A stretch of 23,404 nt of DNA. It comes from an uncultured archaeon (GTDB lineage Archaea; Asgardarchaeota; Lokiarchaeia; Sigyniarchaeales; SOKP01). The stretch is from positions 1-23,404 of the forward strand of contig CAZOYD010000056.1 of NCBI GenBank assembly GCA_964583985.1. Direction: 5' to 3'. Shown piece by piece: positions 8,323 to 16,689 of this stretch. The notes under the pieces are model-generated. The model saw only the letters and a program-made list of their open reading frames with translations. It was not told the DNA's origin and ran no database searches. The position numbers and the translations under genes are program-made. Position 1 is the first letter of the stretch; each line of letters opens with the position of its first letter.

Positions 8323-9085
8323 TTTTTTCATTAATTTTTTCTTCTTTCAAAATACTTCTTTTTGAAATTTTAAAATGAATGAAAAATTCAATAGAACTCC
8401 CTTTCCCAATTAATGATGATTTTATAATATCTTGAGGATAAAAATCATGGTTAAATCCCCATTCTGTTAGTTCGTATAAAATCTGTTTAAGGCGATTTTT
8501 GTCCGAAATAACTTCAAATTTATCAGAATTTTCAAAATCCACTTCAAATATTGGTTTCACAAGAACTATTATATCTCCATTTTTTTTCAAGTAATATTTA
8601 GTATTTGGTAACACATCTTTCAATGATGCAAAAGTGATATCAATTACAATAATATCTACCATGTCACCTAATTTATTTATTAAACGAGCATCAACTCCAG
8701 ATAATTCAATTACTTTCTTATTTTGACATGTTAATGATGGGTGGAGAAAACCTGAGGCGGTATCGATAGAATATACCTTTTTCGCCCCATGTTTTAATAA
8801 ACAATCTGTGAATCCTCCTACCGAAGATCCTAAATCTGCACATATCTTCTCTTTGATCGGAATAGAAAATTTTTCTAAGGCAAATTCTAATTTCAAACCC
8901 CCCATACCTACATAAGGAAACTGCTTTATTAGTTCAATTTTTGCCTCATTGTCTATTTTTTTTCCTGACTTGGTTACTTTTTCATTATTTATTAAAACAT
9001 ATCCATTTTTGATTAACCATTGTCCTTTTGTCCTGCTTTCTACAAGGTGTCTGTCCACTAATAAAATATCTACTCTTTCTCTCAT
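8306..9085 (-). CDS. tlyA: TlyA family rRNA 2'-O-methyltransferase (S4 + FtsJ-like domain)
   Basis: S4 domain (ERVDILLV...ESRTK), YVGMGGLKL, SAM motif DLGSSVGGFTDCLL, IDITFASL, LVKPIFE, IEF. The K-D-K-E tetrad appears intact. Confidence 0.9.
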   Translation of the reverse strand: MRERVDILLVDRHLVESRTKGQWLIKNGYVLINNEKVTKSGKKIDNEAKIELIKQFPYVGMGGLKLEFALEKFSIPIKEKICADLGSSVGGFTDCLLKHGAKKVYSIDTASGFLHPSLTCQNKKVIELSGVDARLINKLGDMVDIIVIDITFASLKDVLPNTKYYLKKNGDIIVLVKPIFEVDFENSDKFEVISDKNRLKQILYELTEWGFNHDFYPQDIIKSSLIGKGSSIEFFIHFKISKRSILKEEKINEKINSLF

Positions 9086-9087
9086 TT

Positions 9088-10194
9088 TTATTCCTGAATA
9101 TTAGTCTTCTTTCTTCTTGCTTCTAATTTGTCTGCAAAATAAGAACTCAATCTTCCAAGTTGAACTTTAATTGAAAATAATCCTTTCCAATAATGATATA
9201 TAATTTTTAAAATAATTCCAAACAGTATAAAAGTAATTACAATTGCAAACCAAATGCTGATATAATCTAATTGTTTAAAAAAAAGAAAATATAATAAACT
9301 ATGCGTTAAATATACAGTGAAAGAATAATAAGAGAAATAAAACAGGAGTTTATAACTTTTTTTAATTTTATTGCCAATAAGAACCTCAAATATAAATAGC
9401 GTCATCAGTAATGTCATTTGAATTCCCAACGAGTAAACGCACCAAGATAGAGAACTCCTAAGCAAAAAATCAGGAAACTCTATAAAAAAACCAATAATAA
9501 TCAAGATAAAACCAACTATAAAATAATTTTTTAGAATACTTACTGTTTTCTTTCTACTTGGTCCAGTATCACTAAAATCTAATTTTGAAATTGAATTACC
9601 GATAACGGTTCCAAACAAAAAAAATGGGAAAAATGGTAAAATAGAATCAAGATCAGGTGTATTATACAACAAATAAGATAATAAACCAAGAACATTCATT
9701 TGTCCATAATAATTTATCAAGAAATTAAACAAATAATTATTTAAGATCCAAATAGAAAAACCTAAGATAATTCTGGTATATTTCGGTAATTTCAAAAGTG
9801 GCCATCCAATTAATAATGAGATTGATGCTGTTAAAAGAATAAACCATGACCAAATATAGTATAGATCATTTAAAGTTAAAGCTATAGATAAATTATAAAT
9901 TAATGCTATTATTAGTAAAAATAGAGCTCTTAAAAGATATGAATTTCTTACTCGAGTTTTTGTAAATTCACCTAAAACTTCTATACTATTTTTTCTCTTC
10001 TCGTAAGATATTGCAATACTCACACCTGAAACAAATAAAAAACCTGCAGCACCAACTGAGTCAAGAATTACATGAGTAAAATTATTTATATAAGCATATT
10101 CTGGTTTTATCCACCATTCTAATAAATGACCAAGGAACATCCAACCCATGCATATTCCACGAAATATATCAATGCTCTTATGCCTGACCATCAT
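9088..10194 (-). CDS. DUF1624/HGSNAT-like multi-pass membrane acyltransferase, paralog 2
   Basis: N-terminal SIDIFRGICMGWMFLGH, FLFVSGVS, LLRALFL, PFFPFFLFG and YYSFTVYLTH motifs; about 10 TM segments. Confidence 0.8.
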   Translation of the reverse strand: MMVRHKSIDIFRGICMGWMFLGHLLEWWIKPEYAYINNFTHVILDSVGAAGFLFVSGVSIAISYEKRKNSIEVLGEFTKTRVRNSYLLRALFLLIIALIYNLSIALTLNDLYYIWSWFILLTASISLLIGWPLLKLPKYTRIILGFSIWILNNYLFNFLINYYGQMNVLGLLSYLLYNTPDLDSILPFFPFFLFGTVIGNSISKLDFSDTGPSRKKTVSILKNYFIVGFILIIIGFFIEFPDFLLRSSLSWCVYSLGIQMTLLMTLFIFEVLIGNKIKKSYKLLFYFSYYSFTVYLTHSLLYFLFFKQLDYISIWFAIVITFILFGIILKIIYHYWKGLFSIKVQLGRLSSYFADKLEARRKKTNIQE

Positions 10195-10200
10195 TTTACC

Positions 10201-11274
10201 TTAACTTAATTTTTCTGCCAAGAATGTAGCAAATTTACTGACATAGAATTTTATTGAAGCGTATTTTCCAACCTTTATATATAGAAATCTGAATAAAAGG
10301 GTTATTAACACCATGATTGGTATTATATAAATCCATATCTCCACCGCATTGAATTGAGGTGGAAATACAAAATAGAGAAGTTGGTGGGCAAAAAAGATGG
10401 TAAATGAGTAAAATGAATAGTACTTGATAACCGAATAGTTTTTCTTAAATTTGAGCTTACCAAAATCCTTTATGAATACTAAAAATGAAATCAATAATAA
10501 TTGTAATCCAAAAGTATACATATGAGATGAAAAAGATTCTTTTAATACAAAATTAGGAAATTCAAAAAAAATGCCAAAAATTACTAAAATAATACCTCCA
10601 ATAAGTGATGGTTGGATCAATTTTTTTTGCAAATAATTTCGTTGTTCCTCTTTTCCATCTTTCAATGATGATTCATAAAATATATCTCCAATAACTGTTC
10701 CAGCAAGCAGAAATGGGAAATACCCCAATATAACATTTTGTTCAGGGACATTATATAGAAAATAATACAAATATCCAAGAAAATTTGGTTCACCTCGAAA
10801 TGGTGTTAACCATATGATAATAAATTCATTACTAATCCAAATAAAAAAGCAAGCGTAAATTCTAAATCGTTTTGAAGTCTTTAAAAAAGGCCAAGCAATT
10901 ATCAATGATACTGAGATAGTTTGTATTACAAACCATGTCCATACTCCAGGAATATTGGAATATAAGGTTCCAACTAGATTCCATACAGTAGAGATCAAAA
11001 AAATAAGTAACGCACGAAACATGTATTCATTTCTGATCAGTTTTTCATTTGAATCGTGAAATGATTGGTATTGTTGTCTCCTTTTCCTATAAGAAAGAGA
11101 AGCACTCATTCCTGAAACCAATAAAAAGCCACCACCACCTACAAATGCTCCAAAATTCCAAATTATTTCATAAAGCCAGTAATCGGGTTTTATAACCCAC
11201 CAATTAACAAAATGACCAAATGTCATGTAAAAGATACAAAGTCCACGAAAAATATCTAATGCTTGTACTCTCAT
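10201..11274 (-). CDS. DUF1624/HGSNAT-like multi-pass membrane acyltransferase, paralog 1
   Basis: ALDIFRGLCIFYMTFGH, FLLVSGMS, MFRALLI, YFPFLLAG, FYSFTIFFAH; collinear with the neighbouring paralog. Confidence 0.8.
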   Translation of the reverse strand: MRVQALDIFRGLCIFYMTFGHFVNWWVIKPDYWLYEIIWNFGAFVGGGGFLLVSGMSASLSYRKRRQQYQSFHDSNEKLIRNEYMFRALLIFLISTVWNLVGTLYSNIPGVWTWFVIQTISVSLIIAWPFLKTSKRFRIYACFFIWISNEFIIIWLTPFRGEPNFLGYLYYFLYNVPEQNVILGYFPFLLAGTVIGDIFYESSLKDGKEEQRNYLQKKLIQPSLIGGIILVIFGIFFEFPNFVLKESFSSHMYTFGLQLLLISFLVFIKDFGKLKFKKNYSVIKYYSFYSFTIFFAHQLLYFVFPPQFNAVEIWIYIIPIMVLITLLFRFLYIKVGKYASIKFYVSKFATFLAEKLS

Positions 11275-11337
11275 ATAATATCCCTAATTTTATTTTACAT
11301 GAAATAAATTAAAAAAATGAATTATTCTGAAAAAACT

Positions 11338-12180
11338 TTACTCAAAATTATTTAAATTTTGTATCATTTTAATTGACTCTGATAATGATTTTTCGCCCGA
11401 TATTACTTCTTCTGCAATATTGGAAAATTCAACACGATATTCTTTAGAATACCCTTCAATATTTCTCGAAAATTGTTCTATTTTCAATAAATTCGTCTTA
11501 AATATGGTATTATAATTTTGATAATTAACATCCAATCCATCTCTGAAAGATAATATTAATGCAGCTGCTTCATGTTTCGGAAATTTTTTCCCTTGGTTCG
11601 CAATCTTAATTTTAGACGTGTTTGATTCATCAATTAATTGTACTCTCATCTCAGTAGTTTTTGAAAATGTTGAAAAAACGCGACTTATTAGATCTAGTGT
11701 AATTTCTAAGAGCCCCCTTCCGAATTTAATTTCTATGCTTAATGGATTTGTATTTTTTTGCCGAAGAGAATCAAATATTTTTGTGATATAGCCAATAACT
11801 TGTGAATTATCAGTTACAGTATTTGAATCTAAGAAATGATCATCTAAAAACGCAACAATTCCTATATGATTTAGTCCTGGATCAATTGAAAACAACAATT
11901 TATCATAATATTGATAACCCAGTTTATTAATTGCTAGAACCTTTATGATGTATTGATTGATGTCATCGCCATCGACAAATTCTAAGAGATTAATATCCTT
12001 ATTAGCGATATCAATTTTGCTCGATTCTTTCGAAGTTGTCAGTATAACTGAAGAGATGTTCGGGAGTTTGTCCCAAAATGATAAAATTCTAAACTGAATT
12101 CTTTTCTCCTTTAGACCTTTATTTATCTTGTAGAAAAAATTTAAGTTCTCTGTTAATATATAAATAGGTTTGAGTCTCAA
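11338..12180 (-). CDS. Conserved archaeal protein with YqgF/RuvC-like RNase H-fold domain
   Basis: FSIDPGLNHIGIVAF (strand-1 Asp), IKFGRG, LIDESNTS (cf. YqgF DERxT/S) and HEAAALIL motifs. TTG start. Confidence 0.65.
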   Translation of the reverse strand: MRLKPIYILTENLNFFYKINKGLKEKRIQFRILSFWDKLPNISSVILTTSKESSKIDIANKDINLLEFVDGDDINQYIIKVLAINKLGYQYYDKLLFSIDPGLNHIGIVAFLDDHFLDSNTVTDNSQVIGYITKIFDSLRQKNTNPLSIEIKFGRGLLEITLDLISRVFSTFSKTTEMRVQLIDESNTSKIKIANQGKKFPKHEAAALILSFRDGLDVNYQNYNTIFKTNLLKIEQFSRNIEGYSKEYRVEFSNIAEEVISGEKSLSESIKMIQNLNNFE

Positions 12181-12185
12181 ATTAA

Positions 12186-12194
12186 TTATATAAA
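12186..12194 (+). promoter_or_regulatory. TATA-box-like element in a 43-bp divergent intergenic region
   Basis: TTATATAAA about 30 nt upstream of ATG 12224, consistent with a near-leaderless archaeal transcript. The AT-rich background lowers specificity. Confidence 0.4.
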
Positions 12195-12223
12195 TAACGT
12201 AAAAAAATTAAAAATTTCCAATT

Positions 12224-12907
12224 ATGAAATTTCCACTCGACCAATTCAATGAAGAAATAGGTCTTGAAGAAATTGTGTCAGTTTGGGGTGAGATGGGAGT
12301 AGGAAAAACCACATTTGCACTTCAAATCGCATTTAATAACATTCAAGTTGGTGGTAGTGTTTATTATTTTTATAGTAAACCAAAATTACCCTTGGAAAAG
12401 ATTAATTTACTCCTTTCAACCTTGGATTCTAACGTAATAAAGAATCTTAAAACCATTAAATTGAAAGATTTCAATGATTTATACCGAATTGTATTAGATT
12501 TAGAAATTAATATCCGAAAAGATAAAAAAGAAAACAAGAAATATCCAAACCTAGTAATCATTGATTCTCTCACCGATCTTTATAGAATAGAGTTATATAG
12601 GGATAAAAAAGATAAAAATGTAATTTTGAATTATAAGTTGAATCATATATTAGGTACTTTGACCCATATAAATCATAATTTTGCAGTGGATATTCTAATT
12701 ATCAATGAAATGAGCTATATTCATTTTGAAGATCATTCTCATGAAGTTCAAAGTGGTGGAAAAGTAATGAGTTATTGGGTACCCTGTTCTATAAAAATAG
12801 CTAGAAGTGAGATGCTGAATAAGCGTAGATTTTATCTTTATAAAAATTCTCAAATTCAATCCGAATTACTAGTCATGTTATCTGAAAAAGGTTTTCAAAA
12901 CCTTTAA
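12224..12907 (+). CDS. RadB-like RecA-superfamily ATPase
   Basis: Walker A GEMGVGKT, Walker B LVIIDSLTDLYR, LIINE, SGGKVMSYW and C-terminal LSEKGF. ATPase core only, 227 aa. Confidence 0.8.
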   Translation: MKFPLDQFNEEIGLEEIVSVWGEMGVGKTTFALQIAFNNIQVGGSVYYFYSKPKLPLEKINLLLSTLDSNVIKNLKTIKLKDFNDLYRIVLDLEINIRKDKKENKKYPNLVIIDSLTDLYRIELYRDKKDKNVILNYKLNHILGTLTHINHNFAVDILIINEMSYIHFEDHSHEVQSGGKVMSYWVPCSIKIARSEMLNKRRFYLYKNSQIQSELLVMLSEKGFQNL

Positions 12908-13043
12908 ATGTAATATTTAGATTTTGCTACTGCCAAGAACTAATAAAATTCTTAATTCTTTACTAAATAATTTTGAAAAATCTAACAAGACATATTTTCA
13001 ATCAATCATTAGTCTAATTGAGAACTAAAAAATTGAATAAATT

Positions 13044-14039
13044 ATGAATAATAAAACTGAAAACATAAAACTTACGAAGTGGTTAGATAAGAATATTCCA
13101 GCATATTTTCCAAATAAAGGAATTTTGATAGAAATAATTGAAAATATTGCTGAAGCAACAATTCCAATTAGAGGTTTACTAGAAAGAGGCATAACTTCTC
13201 GTGAAATTTCACAAAGAATGAATATCCAAGACCCTATTGAAAAAACTTTCAACCTGTATGAAGAGGAACAAATTCACGAGGATATTCTAACTCACGGAAT
13301 AATACTTCAAGCACTCAAAGAAAAAGGGGTAAAGTATTCATTTGTGGCTTCTGAGGAGGCAGCACCACTTCTGGGAGATGGTTCATTTGGAATAACTATA
13401 GATCCTGTTGATGGATCTTCCAATGTTGCAGTTAATAGAACCGTTGGTACTATTGTTGGGATTTATAATGAACAGGGTGAAATTGTTTGCGCTTTTTACG
13501 CATTATATGGGATATTTACCAATCTTATAATCGCAATCAATGGAATGGTAGCAGAATTTATTTTAGATACATCTCCTTATAGTATGACATTTTATCATTA
13601 TGTATTTCAAGAAAATATACAAATGCCAAACCCAGAAAAGGGAGGAATTAGATGTCTTGGTGGTGATCCTATGATGTGGACTACGAAGTGCAAGAATTAC
13701 GAAAAAAAACTAATTGAACTTAAATTAAAGGATCGTTATAGTGGAAGTTTTGTCGGTGATCTTCATGCTATTCTTAAATTTGGTGGGATATATGGTTATT
13801 TTCCTTGCCCAAAACCAAAATTAAGACTATATTTTGAATGGTTTCCATTAGCATTTATTGTGAAGACCTTAGGTGGTAATTTTATTGCTATTGGTGATGA
13901 TAAAGATGTGGATAAAATCATATTGATGGATGAAATTAAACCTCTTCAAAAGAAGAATGTAAAAGAGATTCACGCTGTGGTATGTGGAGGAATAGTTGGA
14001 AGTAAAAATATAATAGATCTTTTCCTGACACAAAAATGA
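13044..14039 (+). CDS. fbp: Class I fructose-1,6-bisphosphatase family protein
   Basis: ASEE, IDPVDGSSNVAVNRTVGTIVGIY, YALYG, RYSGSFVGDLH, GGIYGY and KLRLYFE..PLAFIV..LGG motifs. Confidence 0.85.
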   Translation: MNNKTENIKLTKWLDKNIPAYFPNKGILIEIIENIAEATIPIRGLLERGITSREISQRMNIQDPIEKTFNLYEEEQIHEDILTHGIILQALKEKGVKYSFVASEEAAPLLGDGSFGITIDPVDGSSNVAVNRTVGTIVGIYNEQGEIVCAFYALYGIFTNLIIAINGMVAEFILDTSPYSMTFYHYVFQENIQMPNPEKGGIRCLGGDPMMWTTKCKNYEKKLIELKLKDRYSGSFVGDLHAILKFGGIYGYFPCPKPKLRLYFEWFPLAFIVKTLGGNFIAIGDDKDVDKIILMDEIKPLQKKNVKEIHAVVCGGIVGSKNIIDLFLTQK

Positions 14040-15271
14040 ATGTAAAAATTATGAAAAATTCAAATAATCATTTTAATCAAAATCTCGATAAACAAGTGAT
14101 TAGAAAATCAGAAGGCAATGCCCAATTTTATATTTATATGGATGATGAAAAAATCGTCCCATCAAAAGCTATGAACGTTTTTTATAATGAGAAAATGGTC
14201 ATCAATAGGGATCTCTCGTCTTTAGCTATACTCGCGTATGATAAATTGTTCAATAAAAATTTTCTTAGAATTGTAGATTGCATGGCTGCTTCTGGAATTG
14301 GAGCAATAAGGCTTTTACACGAATGTGTAAATATTGACAAAATATTTATTAATGATATAAACCCATTAGCAGTAGCTCTTATAAAGGATAATTTAAAGTT
14401 AAATGATTATGAATCGGAGAAGATTATTGTAACTCAAAAAGATGCAAATCAATTACTCTTAGAATTAGTGGGTGATAATCCAAATGTAATTAATATCGAT
14501 CCATTTGGAACGCCTAACATTTATGTTGATGCTGCATTTAAAGCTATTCAAAAAAAAAACGGGTTGGTATGTGTTACTGCCACTGATACTGCAGTTCTAT
14601 TTGGAGTCAGACCTCAAGTTTGCATCAGAAAATACATGTCAAAACCCCTTCATATAGAATACACAAAGGAGATCGGAGCAAGGATCTTATTATATTTCAT
14701 CTCTCGAGTCGCAAATATCAATAAATTAGGAATTGTACCCCTATTAACATTCTATTCCAATCATTTTATTAGAATCTTTGTTTTAACCTTTAAGAGTAAA
14801 GAAAAAATAACAGGGTTATTCTCGAACTACGGATATATCATTCACTGTAGAGAATGCGGATTTCGAACAAAACAATCCATAAATCCAATTGAAACAATGA
14901 AAATTTGTCCCTCTTGTCAAAATAGGAATACTTTATCGTATGCTGGACCTCTCTGGGTTGGAATAATGCATGATTCTATGTTTCTTCATCAATTAATAGC
15001 AGAAAATAATGGTAAAAATTATAAAAATAAAAAAAAAATTGATAAATTATTGAAAATTGCAGTTCAAGAAAATGCAATGCCGCTCTCATTTTATAATTTA
15101 CATAAACTTTGTAAAGAATTAAATTGTGCATCTGTTCCAAAAATCGAAGGAGTAATTCAAATCATTAAGGAGATTGGATATGAAGCAACCCGGACGCATT
15201 TTGATCCTCTATCTATTAAAACTGATATTAAAATTGAGGATTTAAAGAATATTTTATTGAAAAAAATGTAG
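14036..15271 (+). CDS. trm1: tRNA (guanine-26-N2)-dimethyltransferase Trm1
   Basis: VFYNEKMVINRDLS, AASGIGAIR, INDIN, IDPFGTP, VTATD, CxxC...CxxC, AGPLWVG, TRTHF..SIKTD. ATGA overlap with fbp; alternative start at the second Met. Confidence 0.95.
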   Translation: MNVKIMKNSNNHFNQNLDKQVIRKSEGNAQFYIYMDDEKIVPSKAMNVFYNEKMVINRDLSSLAILAYDKLFNKNFLRIVDCMAASGIGAIRLLHECVNIDKIFINDINPLAVALIKDNLKLNDYESEKIIVTQKDANQLLLELVGDNPNVINIDPFGTPNIYVDAAFKAIQKKNGLVCVTATDTAVLFGVRPQVCIRKYMSKPLHIEYTKEIGARILLYFISRVANINKLGIVPLLTFYSNHFIRIFVLTFKSKEKITGLFSNYGYIIHCRECGFRTKQSINPIETMKICPSCQNRNTLSYAGPLWVGIMHDSMFLHQLIAENNGKNYKNKKKIDKLLKIAVQENAMPLSFYNLHKLCKELNCASVPKIEGVIQIIKEIGYEATRTHFDPLSIKTDIKIEDLKNILLKKM

Positions 15272-15282
15272 AGATTTAAATT

Positions 15283-15918
15283 ATGTCAAAAAAAACAGAA
15301 GAACATAAACATGATTCACAATATCAACAAGCTAAAAGACAAGGTTATAGAGCACGTTCCGCATTTAAATTATTTGAAATACAAAAAAGATTTAACGTTT
15401 TTAAACGGTCTTTTTATATATTAGACTTAGGGAGTGCCCCCGGATCTTGGTTACAAGTTTCAAAAAAATTTGCAGAAGAAAATGTAGATAAATATAGAGA
15501 TGGATTTTACCATAGAGACCACATTAAGGTTCTTGGGGTTGATATCAAAAATATTAGTGCTATTGATGATGTTCATGTTATTAAGATGGATTTTACGCAA
15601 CCTGAATTTTTCGATCGAGTAGAATCCTTTTTTAAAGGACCAAAGATCGATTTAATCTTATCCGATGCGAGTATTAAAAAATCAGGGAATAAATTTAGCG
15701 ATCAAATAAATCAAATTAAACTCTGCAATTCAACTCTCAAATTCTTAGATTTATTGAAAAAAAAAGGAAATTTTGTCATTAAAATTTTCGAAGGAGAAGA
15801 TTATCAAAATTTCTTAAACCAACTGAAAAAAAAATTCCAAACGGTAAAAGCATTTAAACCTCAGACTTCTTACAAAAAAAGTAATGAAGTTTACCTCATT
15901 GGGTTAAGAAAAAACTAA
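15283..15918 (+). CDS. rlmE: 23S rRNA Um2552 2'-O-methyltransferase RlmE (FtsJ/RrmJ)
   Basis: GYRARSAFKLFEI, LDLGSAPGSWLQV, GVD, LSDA, VIKIFEG, FKP..S...SNEVY; K-D-K-E tetrad present. Confidence 0.93.
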   Translation: MSKKTEEHKHDSQYQQAKRQGYRARSAFKLFEIQKRFNVFKRSFYILDLGSAPGSWLQVSKKFAEENVDKYRDGFYHRDHIKVLGVDIKNISAIDDVHVIKMDFTQPEFFDRVESFFKGPKIDLILSDASIKKSGNKFSDQINQIKLCNSTLKFLDLLKKKGNFVIKIFEGEDYQNFLNQLKKKFQTVKAFKPQTSYKKSNEVYLIGLRKN

Positions 15919-16530
15919 TCAAGGAGCGGTACTATCTTCTAATTCATCCATCTTAAATTTATAGACATCACCTGAAAGAGAGGTATATATCCACTCCGTA
16001 AGCCAAGGGCATCTTGTTGGATTAAATTGATCTAAATTTGTATCATTACATTTACCTGAAAAAGGACAAATTAAGCACGGTTGAAACGAGAAAAAATCTA
16101 AAATGAAATCTTTTTTAGTTGCATCAATTTTTTTCTCTTCAACATTTACTCCAAGGGTCTCTATGATTGTGACTATTTTTGTCCATGATGCCTCTACCAT
16201 TTCTCGTTTGGTAATAATCTTGGATTGGAGAGTCAAGAGTTCTAATATATCATCAAGCTCGCTACGTGTCATATCAGATAATTCAAGTAATTCTTCAAAA
16301 TACATGCTATTTTTCTTTTGAATTATTTCTAATACAAATTTTTCATCTTTTTTCAAATGACGCGTTGAATCTTTCTTCTTTTCCTCAATTCGTTCTATTC
16401 TTCTCTCTAATTGAGATTTATCAGGTTCTTCTGGACCTTCTACTCTTTCCTTTACCTTACATTTATGGCGATTAAGGTAAGCAAAAGAATTTCCGCAATA
16501 AGGACATACTTCCTTTTTCTTTTTTGCCAT
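15919..16530 (-). CDS. RPC34/C39 (Pol III subunit) / TFE-beta-like protein: N-terminal CxxC-HxC zinc knuckle, winged helix, C-terminal four-Cys Fe-S motif
   Basis: C-terminal PCLICPFSGKC-x-FNPTRCPWLTEWI matches the PCxxCP...C...PxxCxxxxEW motif of RPC34/TFE-beta. The central segment is wHTH-like (FVLEIIQKKNSMYFEELLELSDMTRSELDDILELLTLQSKIITKR). Confidence 0.75.
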   Translation of the reverse strand: MAKKKKEVCPYCGNSFAYLNRHKCKVKERVEGPEEPDKSQLERRIERIEEKKKDSTRHLKKDEKFVLEIIQKKNSMYFEELLELSDMTRSELDDILELLTLQSKIITKREMVEASWTKIVTIIETLGVNVEEKKIDATKKDFILDFFSFQPCLICPFSGKCNDTNLDQFNPTRCPWLTEWIYTSLSGDVYKFKMDELEDSTAP

Positions 16531-16654
16531 TTTTTTAATTTGAAAGAGTTTTTTGTAAAATTTAAGAAAAGTATAGTGATTTGTATGATTCCTTTAAAAA
16601 TAATTTTTCGGTTTTCCTAATTTCACAAAAATGATTTATTCGATTTTATTCTTA

Positions 16655-16661
16655 TTATAAA
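16655..16661 (+). promoter_or_regulatory. TATA-box-like element upstream of the RadA paralog
   Basis: TTATAAA about 30 nt upstream of ATG 16690. Confidence 0.35.
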
Positions 16662-16689
16662 TTGAAATATAAAAAATAAAATAATTAAA

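Noticed and set aside
11338-12180. RuvC-like motif as a transposase/TnpB or Cas effector
   Set aside because: No zinc ribbon, terminal repeats, transposase neighbour or array. The architecture fits a conserved housekeeping-type archaeal protein.
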